NCBI GenBank assembly: GCA_965242695.1
Contig: CBDESU010000002.1
Span: 1,152,001 to 1,216,000 of the forward strand
Direction: 5' to 3'
Source: Cenarchaeum sp.
GTDB taxonomy: Archaea > Thermoproteota > Nitrososphaeria > Nitrososphaerales > Nitrosopumilaceae
Length of the DNA: 64,000 nucleotides
Shown here: piece after piece, positions 48,125 through 58,674 of the stretch
How positions within the stretch are numbered: position 1 is the first letter of the stretch
Layout of the letters: every line of letters starts with the position of its first letter
Notes under the pieces: model-generated
Told to the model about the DNA's origin: nothing
The model's database searches: none
What the model saw: only the letters and a program-made list of their open reading frames with translations
Position numbers and translations under genes: made by a program

Positions 48125-51100
48125 TGGCGGACCCTGCCAACCGGCGCTGGCCGATCATAGAGGACATACTGCGCAAGGAGGGGATCGCCAGGCAGCACCT
48201 CAACTCGTTCAACGAGTTCCTGGAGCGCGGCATGCAGGAGGTCGTCGACGAGGTCGGCCAGTCGGACATCGAGAACCCCGACTACCCGTACAAGGTAAAG
48301 TTCGGCAAGATACGGGTGTTCGAGCCGCGCATGATGGAGCTCGACGGGTCCATTACGCACATCACCCCCGCCGAGGCTCGCCTGCGCAACGTCTCGTACG
48401 CCGCTCCCGTAAAGGTCGAGACGAGCGTCATCGAGGACGGCAAGCTGCTCGAGACGCGGTTCATCCACATAGGCGACATACCGGTAATGGTAAAGTCGAG
48501 CGCGTGCAAGCTCAACAACCTAAAGCCGGCGGGCCTAGTCGAGCACAGCGAGGACTCGCACGACCCGGGCGGCTACTTTATCATCAACGGGTCGGAGCGC
48601 GTCATTGTCGGGCTGGAGGACCTGTCGTACAACAAGATCATCGTCGACAAGGAGATTGTCACCGGCAACCTCGTGTACAAGGCAAAGGTCTACTCGGCGA
48701 CGGTGGGGTACCGCGCAAAGCTAGAGCTCGTCATGAAGAACGACGGCCTGATCGTCGCAAAGATACCGAGCTCGCCCGTCGACATACCCGTGGTGACGCT
48801 CATGAGGGCCCTCGGCATCGAGTCCGACAAGGACATCGCCTCGTCGGTCTCGCTCAACGAGGACGTCCAGGACCAGCTAGAGAGCTCGTTCGAAAAGGCG
48901 GGCGAGTCGCCTACGTCAAAGGACGCCATCGTCTACATCAGCAAGCGCATCGCGCCGGGCATGCTCGAAGAGTTCCAGATCAAGCGCGCCGAGACGCTGC
49001 TAGACTGGAGCCTCCTGCCCCACCTCGGCCGCCTCCACGAGAACCGCCGCGAGAAGGCGCAGTTCCTCGGCGAGGCCGCCTCCAAGCTGCTAGAGCTCAA
49101 GCTCGGCTGGATCGACCCCGACGACAAGGACCACTACGGCAACAAGGTCATAAAGTTCGCCGGCCAGATGCTCGCCGAGCTGTTCCGCCTGGCGTTCCGC
49201 AACCTAGAGCGGGACATGAAGTACCAGCTGACAAAGTCGGGCCAGAAGCGCGGCATCAACGCCGTCGCGGCGGCCATGCGGCCGGGGATCGTCACGGACA
49301 AGCTCAACAACGCCATAGCCACGGGCAACTGGGGGCGCGGGCGCGTCGGCGTCACGCAGCTGCTCGACCGGACCAACTACCTGTCGACGATAAGCCACCT
49401 GCGCCGCATTCAGTCGCCCCTGAGCCGGACGCAGCCGAACTTTGAGGCGCGCGACCTGCACGCGACGCACTTTGGCCGCATCTGCCCGAGCGAGACGCCA
49501 GAGGGCTCCAACTGCGGCCTGGTAAAGAACCTGGCCCTGTCGGCCATCATCTCCGTGAGGGTGAACGCCGCCGAGATCATCGAGAGGCTGTACGAGCTCA
49601 AGACGCGGCCGTCGGGCGAGGCCGACGAGGGGCTGCGGCGCTCGGGCACGCGCGTGTTCGTCGACGGCAAGTTCATCGGGTACCACCCCGACGGCCTGGA
49701 CCTGTCGGAGCAGCTGCGCGAGATGCGCCGCTCGTCGCACATACACGCCCACGTCGGCGTGGCCCTGCACAAGCCTGCGCACGAGGGGGCCACGGCGCGC
49801 CTGTACGTCAACTGCCACGCCGGCCGCGTCCTGCGCCCCCTGATCATCATACGCGAGGGCAGGGCGCTGCTCGCGCGCGAGCACCTTGACAAGATCGCAA
49901 GGCGCCTCTCGTCGTGGACCGACCTCGTGCGCGCCGGCATCGTAGAGCTAGTCGACGCCAACGAGGAGGAAAACTGCGTCATTACCCTCGACGACAGGCA
50001 CACCAAGCGCCACACGCACTTGGAGATATTCCCGCCGGCCATACTCGGCGCCGGCGCGTCGATCATACCGTACCCCGAGCACAACCAGTCGCCGCGCAAC
50101 ACGTACGAGTCGGCCATGGCCAAGCAGAGCCTCGGATTCTCGACGCCGATGATGAACACTAGCACGTACGTGCGGCAGCACTTCATGCTGTACCCGCAGA
50201 CGCCGATCGTCAACACAAAGGCGATGAACCTGCTCGGGCTAGAGGACAGGCCGGCGGGACAGAATTGCGTCGTCGCAGTCCTGCCGTTCGACGGGTACAA
50301 CATCGAGGATGCGATAGTCCTGAGCAAGGCCTCGGTCGACAGGGGGCTCGCGCGCACGTTCTTTTACCGCATATACGACGCCGAGGCCAAGCAGTACCCC
50401 GGCGGGACGGCCGACAAGTTCGAGATCCCCGACCCCGACGACAACATACGCGGGTACAAGAGCGAGCGGTCGTACCGCCTGCTCGAGGAGGACGGCGTCA
50501 TATCGGCCGAGGCGTCGGTCGCCGGCGGCGACGTGCTCATCGGCAAGACGAGCCCACCGCGGTTCCTCGAAGAGTTCCGCGAGTACGACCAGGCGGGGCC
50601 GTACCGGCGCGACACGTCGACGTCGGTGCGCCCGTCCGAGACGGGGCTGGTCGACACGGTGGTAATGACGCAGTCGAGCGAGGGCGGCAAGATGTACAAG
50701 ATACGCGTCCGCGACATGCGCGTGCCCGAGATCGGCGACAAGTTCGCCGCGCGGCACGGGCAAAAGGGCGTCCTCGGCATACTCGCAAAGAACGAGGACC
50801 TCCCGTATACGGAGGACGGCGTCACGCCAGACATACTGATCAACCCGCACGCGTTCCCGTCCCGCATGACCGTCGGGATGTTCATGGAGTCGATAACGGG
50901 CAAGGCCGCGGCCCTGCGCGGCTCGCAGTTTGACGGCTCGGCGTTCGTCGGCGAAAAGATGGACGAGGTGCGCGAGGCCATGGACGCGGCCGGCTTCAAG
51001 TACTCGGGCAAGGAGGTCATGTACGACGGCCGCACGGGGCGCCCATTCCCGGTCGAGGTGTTCATCGGCGTCGTCTACTACCAAAAGCTCCACCACATGG

Positions 51101-51471
51101 TGTCCGACAAGATACACGCAAGGGCGCGCGGGCAGGTGCAGATGCTCACAAAGCAGCCGACCGAGGGGCGCGCGCGCGGCGGCGGCCTGCGGTTCGGCGA
51201 GATGGAGCGTGACTGCCTCATCGCGTACGGCGCATCCATGATCCTAAAGGACAGGCTGCTCGACGAGTCGGACAGGTCGGACATCTACGTGTGCGAGAGG
51301 TGCGGCCTCATCGCGTACCACGACCTCAAGCAGCGCAAGTACGTCTGCCGCGTGTGCGGCGACAAGGCAAAGGTCTCGTCTGTCTCGGTCGCGTACGCGT
51401 TCAAGCTGCTGCTGCAGGAGATGCAGAGCCTCAACGTGGCCCCGCGCCTGCTCATAAGGGAGAGGGTGTAG
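48124..51471 (+). CDS. rpoB: RNA polymerase subunit B (Rpo2, unsplit)
   Basis: GYFIINGSER, CPSETPEG, GDKFAARHGQKG, GLRFGEME, zinc finger. Confidence 0.98.
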   Translation: MADPANRRWPIIEDILRKEGIARQHLNSFNEFLERGMQEVVDEVGQSDIENPDYPYKVKFGKIRVFEPRMMELDGSITHITPAEARLRNVSYAAPVKVETSVIEDGKLLETRFIHIGDIPVMVKSSACKLNNLKPAGLVEHSEDSHDPGGYFIINGSERVIVGLEDLSYNKIIVDKEIVTGNLVYKAKVYSATVGYRAKLELVMKNDGLIVAKIPSSPVDIPVVTLMRALGIESDKDIASSVSLNEDVQDQLESSFEKAGESPTSKDAIVYISKRIAPGMLEEFQIKRAETLLDWSLLPHLGRLHENRREKAQFLGEAASKLLELKLGWIDPDDKDHYGNKVIKFAGQMLAELFRLAFRNLERDMKYQLTKSGQKRGINAVAAAMRPGIVTDKLNNAIATGNWGRGRVGVTQLLDRTNYLSTISHLRRIQSPLSRTQPNFEARDLHATHFGRICPSETPEGSNCGLVKNLALSAIISVRVNAAEIIERLYELKTRPSGEADEGLRRSGTRVFVDGKFIGYHPDGLDLSEQLREMRRSSHIHAHVGVALHKPAHEGATARLYVNCHAGRVLRPLIIIREGRALLAREHLDKIARRLSSWTDLVRAGIVELVDANEEENCVITLDDRHTKRHTHLEIFPPAILGAGASIIPYPEHNQSPRNTYESAMAKQSLGFSTPMMNTSTYVRQHFMLYPQTPIVNTKAMNLLGLEDRPAGQNCVVAVLPFDGYNIEDAIVLSKASVDRGLARTFFYRIYDAEAKQYPGGTADKFEIPDPDDNIRGYKSERSYRLLEEDGVISAEASVAGGDVLIGKTSPPRFLEEFREYDQAGPYRRDTSTSVRPSETGLVDTVVMTQSSEGGKMYKIRVRDMRVPEIGDKFAARHGQKGVLGILAKNEDLPYTEDGVTPDILINPHAFPSRMTVGMFMESITGKAAALRGSQFDGSAFVGEKMDEVREAMDAAGFKYSGKEVMYDGRTGRPFPVEVFIGVVYYQKLHHMVSDKIHARARGQVQMLTKQPTEGRARGGGLRFGEMERDCLIAYGASMILKDRLLDESDRSDIYVCERCGLIAYHDLKQRKYVCRVCGDKAKVSSVSVAYAFKLLLQEMQSLNVAPRLLIRERV

Positions 51472-51475
51472 CGGC

Positions 51476-54400
51476 ATGTCGGTCGAGACCATAAAGTCGA
51501 TCGACGCGATCCGCTTCTCCGTATGGTCGCCTGCCGAGACGCGCAAGTACTCGGTCGCCGAGATCACCGCCCCCGAGACGTACGACGAGGACGGCCTGCC
51601 CGTCCAGGGCGGCCTGATGGACGGGCGCCTCGGCACGCTCGAGCCCGGCCAAAAGTGCCTCACGTGCGGCAACATGATGGCCCGCTGCCCGGGCCACTTT
51701 GGCCACATAGAGCTGGCCGAGCCGGTCCTGCACATCGCCTTCATCGACAACATACACAAGCTGCTGCTGTGCACGTGCAGCAAGTGCCACCGCCTGCTCG
51801 TCGAGCAGCAGGACCTAGAGGAGCTCTCGCGCGTGCGCAACCGCGAGGCCGCCTACACAATAGTCTCGCAGAAGCGCATCCCCGAGCAGATACTCGAAAA
51901 GGCAAAGAAGGCGCGCGAGTGCCCCCACTGCGGCAAGGAAAAGTACGAGCTCGTCTTCACAAAGCCGACCATATTCATCGAAAAGATACCGCGCGACGAG
52001 TCGCCCGACGCGCCGCCGCCGGCATCCGGGGCCGCGGCCACCGGCGACGACCGCGTAGAGAACCGCCTCCTGCCCATCATCATACGCGAGCGGTTCTCGC
52101 ACATGCGCGACGAGGACCTAGAGCTCCTCGGCTACGACCCCGCGACGGCCCGCCCCGAGTGGTTCGTCCTGCAGGCCCTTCCCGTCCCGCCCGTGGCAGT
52201 GCGCCCGTCCATCATACTCGACACCGGCATACGGTCCGAGGACGACCTCACGCACAAGATGGTCGACATCATACGCGTCAACCAGCGCCTCAAGGAGAGC
52301 AAGGAGGCCGGCACGCCGCCGCTCATCGTCCAGGACCTTGTCGACCTGCTCCAGTACCACACGACGACCTACTTTGACAACGAGGTGTCTGGCATACCGC
52401 AGGCGCACCACCGCTCGGGCAGGGCCCTCAAGACCATTACGCAGAGGCTAAAGGGCAAGGAGGGCCGCTTCCGCGGGTCCCTGTCCGGCAAGAGGGTCGA
52501 CTTTTCAAGCCGCACCGTCATCTCTCCCGACCCCGACCTCGACCTCTCCGAGGTCGGCGTCCCCGAGTCGGTCGCCATGAAGCTGACCATACCCGAGATC
52601 GTCACCGAGTGGAACGTCGAGCGCCTCAAGAGGCTCGTCGTCAACGGCCCCGACGTGTACCCCGGCGTAAACTACATCGTGCGCCCCGACGGCGTAAAGA
52701 TCCGCCTAGACTACGTCGAGAACCGCCAGACGATAGCGGACACGCTCGAGATGGGGTACCTCATCGAGCGGCACCTCCTCGACGGCGACATCGTAATGTT
52801 CAACCGCCAGCCGTCGCTCCACCAGATGTCCATAATGGCGCACCACGTGCACGTGCTGCCCGGCAAGACGTTCCGCCTCCACCCGTCCGTGTGCCCCCCG
52901 TACAACGCCGACTTTGACGGCGACGAGATGAACCTGCACGTGCCCCAGAGCGAAGAGGCGCGGGCCGAGGCCATCCTGCTCATGCGCGTGCAGGACCAGC
53001 TCATATCGCCGCGGTACGGCGGCCCCATCATCGGCGGGCTGCGCGACTTCATCACTGGGTCGTACCTGCTCACGAGGGACGAGACGCTGCTGCCGCGCGA
53101 GGACTTTGCAAACCTGGCGATGCTCGGCGGGTATGCCGGCCAGCTGCCCGACCCCGCGGGGCCGGCCGCGCCGCCCGGCGGCGGAGGCGGTGGCCGGCCG
53201 CGCCGCATGTACACCGGCAAGCAGCTGTTCTCGCTGTTCCTCCCCGACGACTTCAACTACGTCATTACGTCAAAGTGGTCAAAGGGGACGCGCGGCAGCG
53301 AAAAGGACGTCGTCATCAAGAACGGCCAGCTCGTCAGCGGCGTCATAGACAAGTCGTCGATAGGCGCCGAGGAGCCCGAGAGCGTCCTGCACCGCATCGC
53401 AAAGGACTACGGCAACGCGCCGGCCAAGAGGTTCCTCAACTCTGTCCTGATCATCGCAAAGCAGTTCATCACGCACTATGGGTTCAGCTACGGGTACGCC
53501 GACCTAGAGCTGCCCGACACGGCGCGCCGCGAGATCGACGAGGGCATACAGAGCAGCTACGCAAACGTCTCGGACTTCATATCCGACTTCAAGAAGGGAA
53601 CGCTAAAGCTCACGCGCGGCCTGTCGCCCGAGGAGGCGCTAGAGGCGTACATCGTCAACGAGCTGTCCAACGCCAGGGACAAGGCAGGCGGCATAGCCGA
53701 CGGGTCGTTCGACCACACGAACGCCGGCAAGATCATGGCGTCTACGGGCGCGCGCGGGTCCGCCCTGAACATCGGCCAGATGGCAGGCTCGCTCGGCCAG
53801 CAGTCGCGGCGCGGCAAGCGCCTGCTCAAGGGGTACAGCAACAGGGCGCTCCCGCACTACCGCGAGGACGACGAGAGCCCCGACGCGCACGGGTTCGTAA
53901 AGTCCAACTACCGCGACGGCCTGTCCGTGCTCGAGTTCTTCTTCCACGCGATGGCAGGCCGCGAGGGCCTCGTCGACACTGCGGTGCGCACGCAGCAGAG
54001 CGGCTACATGCAGCGCCGCCTGATCAACGCGCTCGAGCACATACGGCTAGAGCACGACAACACCGTCCGCGACCCGCACGGGCACATCATACAGTTCCTG
54101 TACGGCGAGGACGGCATCGACGTGGCCAAGAGCGACCACGGCGAGGCGTTCAACGTCCACCGCCTGATCGAGTCGCAGCGCATAGTCGACTCTGGGCGGC
54201 GCGCGTCCGCTCACGACGTGGCCGAGATCGCCGCCCGCTACACGGCCACGTTCAACCCACGCCTGCGCGACACCGTAACAGACGCCCTCAAGGAGTGCGG
54301 CCTGAGCAGGGACGGAGTCGAAAAGGTCGGCCGCAAGGGCCTCGACCTGTACAACAAGGCGAGGGTCGAGCCGGGCCAGGCAGTCGGCATACTGACGGCG

Positions 54401-55429
54401 CAGTCGATTGGCGAGCCCGGCACGCAGATGACGCTCCGCACGTTCCACTTTGCCGGGATCAGGGAGCGCAACGTCACGCTCGGCCTGCCGCGCCTGATCG
54501 AGCTAGTCGACGCGCGCAAGAACGCAAAGACGCCGACCATGGACATCCACCTAGAGGACGACATCTGCGAGTCGCGCGAAAAGGCCATCGGGGTGGCGCG
54601 CCGCATCCTCCAGACAAAGGTCGGCTCGCTCGTGGCCGACACCGAGACAGACTACGCGACCCGCATAGTGCTGATGCTAGACGACAAGCAGCTAGACGAC
54701 AGGGGCTGCACCGTCGACGAGGTCGTCGATGCGCTCTCGTCGAACAAGAAGGTAAAGGTGGAGATCGACGGCAGCGACCTCGTGCTCGCACTCGTCAAGA
54801 AGCCGGCAAAGTCTGGGGATCCGCCGGCCCCGTACGAGATGTCCGAGGTCATTGCGCTGCGCAACAAGATACTCAACACGACGGTCAAGGGCGTGCCCGA
54901 CATTGCCCGCGTCACGCTAGTCCAGGAGGGCGGCAAGTGGGTCGTGCAGACGACCGGCTCTAACCTTGCAAAGGTGCTCGCCGTCGAGGGGATCGCCAAG
55001 AAGAGCGTGACTACAAACAACGTCTACGAGATCGCCGAGACGCTCGGCATCGAGGCGGCGCGCAACGCGCTCATCGACGAGGTGCACTCGACGCTTGCCG
55101 ACCAGGGCCTAGAGGTCGACATGAGGTACATTATGCTCGTCGCCGACCTCATGTGCTCGCGCGGACACATGCAGCAGATCGGCAGGCACGGCGTGGCCGG
55201 CACAAAGGACAGCGTGCTCGCGCGCGCCGCATTCGAGATTACCGTCCCGACGATTGCCCGCGCGGCCCTCGGGGGCGAGGTCGAGCGGCTCAAGGGCATT
55301 ACGGAGAATGTCATCGTCGGCAGCAACATCCCGATCGGCAGCGGCATCGTCGACCTGTACATGCATGCGGCCAACAAGAGGCCGGCCGTGGCCGCGGCGG
55401 CGGCCGCAAAGGCCGCCGGGGCCGCCTAG
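51476..55429 (+). CDS. rpoA1: RNA polymerase subunit A (Rpo1, A'+A'' fused)
   Basis: CPGHFGHIEL, NADFDGDEMN, AQSIGEPGTQMTLRTFH all in one ORF. Confidence 0.98.
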   Translation: MSVETIKSIDAIRFSVWSPAETRKYSVAEITAPETYDEDGLPVQGGLMDGRLGTLEPGQKCLTCGNMMARCPGHFGHIELAEPVLHIAFIDNIHKLLLCTCSKCHRLLVEQQDLEELSRVRNREAAYTIVSQKRIPEQILEKAKKARECPHCGKEKYELVFTKPTIFIEKIPRDESPDAPPPASGAAATGDDRVENRLLPIIIRERFSHMRDEDLELLGYDPATARPEWFVLQALPVPPVAVRPSIILDTGIRSEDDLTHKMVDIIRVNQRLKESKEAGTPPLIVQDLVDLLQYHTTTYFDNEVSGIPQAHHRSGRALKTITQRLKGKEGRFRGSLSGKRVDFSSRTVISPDPDLDLSEVGVPESVAMKLTIPEIVTEWNVERLKRLVVNGPDVYPGVNYIVRPDGVKIRLDYVENRQTIADTLEMGYLIERHLLDGDIVMFNRQPSLHQMSIMAHHVHVLPGKTFRLHPSVCPPYNADFDGDEMNLHVPQSEEARAEAILLMRVQDQLISPRYGGPIIGGLRDFITGSYLLTRDETLLPREDFANLAMLGGYAGQLPDPAGPAAPPGGGGGGRPRRMYTGKQLFSLFLPDDFNYVITSKWSKGTRGSEKDVVIKNGQLVSGVIDKSSIGAEEPESVLHRIAKDYGNAPAKRFLNSVLIIAKQFITHYGFSYGYADLELPDTARREIDEGIQSSYANVSDFISDFKKGTLKLTRGLSPEEALEAYIVNELSNARDKAGGIADGSFDHTNAGKIMASTGARGSALNIGQMAGSLGQQSRRGKRLLKGYSNRALPHYREDDESPDAHGFVKSNYRDGLSVLEFFFHAMAGREGLVDTAVRTQQSGYMQRRLINALEHIRLEHDNTVRDPHGHIIQFLYGEDGIDVAKSDHGEAFNVHRLIESQRIVDSGRRASAHDVAEIAARYTATFNPRLRDTVTDALKECGLSRDGVEKVGRKGLDLYNKARVEPGQAVGILTAQSIGEPGTQMTLRTFHFAGIRERNVTLGLPRLIELVDARKNAKTPTMDIHLEDDICESREKAIGVARRILQTKVGSLVADTETDYATRIVLMLDDKQLDDRGCTVDEVVDALSSNKKVKVEIDGSDLVLALVKKPAKSGDPPAPYEMSEVIALRNKILNTTVKGVPDIARVTLVQEGGKWVVQTTGSNLAKVLAVEGIAKKSVTTNNVYEIAETLGIEAARNALIDEVHSTLADQGLEVDMRYIMLVADLMCSRGHMQQIGRHGVAGTKDSVLARAAFEITVPTIARAALGGEVERLKGITENVIVGSNIPIGSGIVDLYMHAANKRPAVAAAAAAKAAGAA

Positions 55430-55518
55430 CCGCCCCCCCCCCGGCGGCGCGACCGGGGACGCCTAAGCGCGGAAGGGGCCGCATGCTTTTAATATGCCCC
55501 TAGTGCGGCTCCTGTGTA

Positions 55519-55740
55519 ATGAAGACTGTGCCGATCACCTACACGCTGACCGAGCTCACCGAGGGGTACATTGCGCGTTGCGTCACTAACAGCTTTGCGG
55601 CGGCATATGGCAAGACGAAGGACGAGGCGGGCGAGAACCTTGTGGATGCAATACGGACGTACATACGCCTATACCCCGACCAGGCCGACTACATGCTCCA
55701 ATCCCTGCCCACAAAAGAGCTGGTGCTCGATGATCCATGA
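55519..55740 (+). CDS. HicB-like antitoxin
   Basis: EGYIARC....AAAYGKTKDEA.ENL.DAI..YI pattern. Confidence 0.8.
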   Translation: MKTVPITYTLTELTEGYIARCVTNSFAAAYGKTKDEAGENLVDAIRTYIRLYPDQADYMLQSLPTKELVLDDP

Positions 55741-55744
55741 TGTG

Positions 55745-55918
55745 ATGCCCGACCGTTACAATGCCAAAGATGTGGGCAGGACGCCGAGGATACTGGGGTT
55801 CAACGTGCGCAGTCCCGAGGGCTCGAGGGCAATGCAATGTATCCATGGCCGAACCCAGGCCCAGATATGGACACCAAGGGTTGACGGCGGGGTGCGGGAA
55901 GTTGCCCTAAAAATCTAG
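55745..55918 (+). pseudogene. Degenerate HicA-like toxin
   Basis: NAKDVGRT.RILGFNVRSPEGSR resembles HicA (..V.R.L..LGF....GSH) with the His lost; the rest is unrecognisable. Confidence 0.55.
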
Positions 55919-56240
55919 GGTCACTCGGCCTCTCGATTGAGTTTTTCCGGCCCGTCAAGCCTGGGCGACGACAACCTGCACCCCTCGGACCAGTACTGAG
56001 GCGGGGGCGGGATCTCGGCGGCCGCCGCGGCCGGCAAGCCTCCGGCCGAGGCAGGCCCCTCGCTCGCCCCTGATGTGGCCGCCCCGCGCCCGCGCCGCGC
56101 GCCGATGCGGCGTAGCATCACTGCACATGCACTCCGCCGCGATCGAGCTCTTCGAGCGCGGCGCCGGGCCCTTGTCCATGTGCACCAGGGCGTTGGACAT
56201 CCGGTCAAATGCTTATAACAAGCGCGCCAGCCTTCCAGCC

Positions 56241-57356
56241 ATGGCGATCGGGACCGCGGTGACAGGCGCACTGGCAGCGCTGGCAGTGGTTGCGCTGGCA
56301 GCGACCGCAGCCGCCGCGGCCGGAACCGCGCATGCCCAGTCCTATCCCGTCGTCTGCGGCGACCGCCTGTGCAGCGAGGTGCCGGGCGGATACCACGCAT
56401 GGATGCGCGAGTGGTCGCAGGCCGCGGCATCGGCGCCACCGGCGACCCCTGATGTTGTTGCCAGCGATGCCGCCGATGCCGCCGATGCCGCCGATGCCGC
56501 CGATGCCGCCGATGCCGCCGATGACAGCTACGCAGCGGCGCTCGGCATGCCGGAGCCGTCCACGCGGCAGCTGGCCGACGGCGTGCACATGATCGACTAT
56601 CTGGGTTACGTCACGCTCGTCGTTGCATCGGGCGAGGATGTCCTGATCACCGACCCCGCCAACGACATGCGCGCCGCCGCCGTCCGGGACGAGGTCGCAA
56701 AGATCACCGGCAGCCCGGTCACCATGATCGTCCTGACGCACGAGCACTACGACCACGCGGGGGGCACGTCCCTCTTTGCCGATGCCGACGTCGTCTGCCA
56801 GGCCAACTGCGCCGCAACCTTTGCCCTCGACCCGTTCGACAGGGTCCCCGACGAGGTCGACGTCACGTTCGACGAGTTCCTGGGCCTGGAGGTGGGCGGC
56901 AAGATGGTCGAGCTGCACAGCTTTGGGCCGGCCGACGGCGAGGCTACGACGGTCGTCTACCTCCCCGACGACCTGATACTCTACACGGCTGACCTGTACG
57001 AGCCGCGCGGCTTCACCGACGGCAGGTGGCTGGGCGACGTAAGCTACCCAGGCAAGCGCATAGTCCTTGACACGATAGCGGAGTGGCCGATGGTGCACGC
57101 CGTCAACTCGCACTCGGCCGAGACCGATCCCGAGTATCTGCGCGAGTCCGCCGCCATGGTCAGCGCCCTGTATGATGCCGTGCGCGCCGAGCTGTCCGGG
57201 CCGGTCGCGGACGGCGACTTTTTTGCGATCGTGGGCCTGATGGACACCCTGCCCCACACGCTGGACCTCGTAGAGTACGCCGAGTGGCGCGGGTACGACG
57301 AGCACTTTCCAGCCCACGTCAGCCGGATGATGATGGGCATGTTCCATGGCGACTAG
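56241..57356 (+). CDS. Secreted metallo-beta-lactamase-fold hydrolase
   Basis: Signal peptide AHA-Q, VCGDRLCSE motif, THEHYDHAGG, ADL, NSH. Confidence 0.85.
   Translation: MAIGTAVTGALAALAVVALAATAAAAAGTAHAQSYPVVCGDRLCSEVPGGYHAWMREWSQAAASAPPATPDVVASDAADAADAADAADAADAADDSYAAALGMPEPSTRQLADGVHMIDYLGYVTLVVASGEDVLITDPANDMRAAAVRDEVAKITGSPVTMIVLTHEHYDHAGGTSLFADADVVCQANCAATFALDPFDRVPDEVDVTFDEFLGLEVGGKMVELHSFGPADGEATTVVYLPDDLILYTADLYEPRGFTDGRWLGDVSYPGKRIVLDTIAEWPMVHAVNSHSAETDPEYLRESAAMVSALYDAVRAELSGPVADGDFFAIVGLMDTLPHTLDLVEYAEWRGYDEHFPAHVSRMMMGMFHGD
56466..56523. repeat. 9-bp microsatellite (gatgccgcc)x6 encoding (DAA)n
   Basis: Exact repeats. Confidence 0.95.
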
Positions 57357-57832
57357 CATTTCGAGCCAGCCCGCAGCCCGCAGCCCGCCGGATGCGCGGC
57401 GCCGCCGCCCGTGGCTGCCGCCTGCCGACAACTGAGTGCTAGGGCATGTCTGCCCTTTCGTGCCTAGAAAGTCTGACGATGCGGCGCACTTCGATCCGCC
57501 GTCATATGGGATCTCAAACGCCGCCCCTCCGTTCGGCCTCTTGCGCCCTGTGGCCATGTGCCAACGGAGGGCGCGCACGCATCGCGCACGGTTCGATTCG
57601 CCGGCCGAGGCTGGGATCGCCGCAGCCTGGCGGCGGGGCCGGGGGGGGGGGGGGCGATGCAGAGGCGCCGGCCGCATGCCTGACCGCCCATGATCGCTCT
57701 GGCCATGCCGTGCCGTGCACGGGGCTAGCGCCGCAGCAACGGGGCGTGCGGGCCGCCGATGCCGGCATCCGGACGCGTCTTCGCCTGGCGCCTGCCTTGC
57801 GTCCGTACGACGCCGGCCTGTCGCATGCCGCA

Positions 57833-58528
57833 CTAGGACATCTTGGACAAGATCTCGTTCTGCTTCTCTAGGAGGTCGTTCTGCCTCTCTTGTATGCCGT
57901 TCTGCGTTTCGAGCATCATCCTGAAAAATTCCTTGTTGTCCTTGGCCATGGCCCCCATGCTGGCGCCGACCTCCTTGACAGCTTCCGTCACCTCGCGCAG
58001 GCCCTCGCGCGTCAGCTCGCCGTCCTCGTGGACCGCCTTCGTCACCTCGCGCAGGCCCTCGCGCGTCAGCTCGCCGTCCTCGTGGACCGCCTTCGTCACC
58101 TCGCGCAGGCCCTCGCGCGTCAGCTCGCCGTCCTCGTGGACCGCCTTCGTCACCTCGCGCAGGCCCTCGCGCGTCAGCTCGCCGTCCTCGTGGACCGCCT
58201 TCGTCACCTCGCGCAGGCCCTCGCGCGTCAGCTCGCCGTCCTCGTGGACGGCTTCCTTTATGCTCTGGCCTATGTCCTGCGTTGTCCACGACATGATCAG
58301 GCCCACGGCGCCTATCGCTATAAAGGCTACTCCCTCGGTCACAAGCGGTAGGTCCCTCAGGCCGCTCAGGTGGATCAGGACGGATCCCAACCCCAGCAGG
58401 AAAGTGTACAGCACTGACTGGCGCCGGATTGCCAAGCCGCGCGCACGGGTGTGGGGACGGTGCCCCTGCCCAGCTCCCTGCCCCCCAGGGGCATCGCCGA
58501 CCGGCCCCTCGTTCCCGCCATCCACCAT
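57833..58528 (-). CDS. Two-TM membrane protein with coiled-coil tandem repeats
   Basis: Two hydrophobic helices followed by (AVHEDGELTREGLREVTK)x5; TATA-like tatttat about 25 nt upstream of ATG 58528. Confidence 0.75.
   Translation of the reverse strand: MVDGGNEGPVGDAPGGQGAGQGHRPHTRARGLAIRRQSVLYTFLLGLGSVLIHLSGLRDLPLVTEGVAFIAIGAVGLIMSWTTQDIGQSIKEAVHEDGELTREGLREVTKAVHEDGELTREGLREVTKAVHEDGELTREGLREVTKAVHEDGELTREGLREVTKAVHEDGELTREGLREVTEAVKEVGASMGAMAKDNKEFFRMMLETQNGIQERQNDLLEKQNEILSKMS
57986..58253. repeat. 54-bp perfect in-frame tandem repeat x5
   Basis: Units at 57986, 58040, 58094, 58148 and 58202. Confidence 0.95.
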
Positions 58529-58674
58529 GCTTGGCGCCGCCGACCGCAGAATAAATACACTTGCTTCCGAGCAGGACATTGCCTGCCTACTTGGCTCACC
58601 GGGGGGCACACGCCCAAAAATGGCAGGGCCTCGCCGCAGCGGACTTTGACGGCTGGGTCTCGATCGGCGGCCCT

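Noticed and set aside
51476-55429. Fused rpoA'/A'' as a novelty, or an intein
   Set aside because: Unsplit Rpo1 is established for Thaumarchaeota; no intein motifs or size excess were seen.
55921-56230. Possible small ORFs between the hicA remnant and the MBL gene
   Set aside because: No recognisable motif or convincing codon pattern.
57986-58253. 54-bp repeats as CRISPR
   Set aside because: No unique spacers; they encode an in-frame coiled coil.
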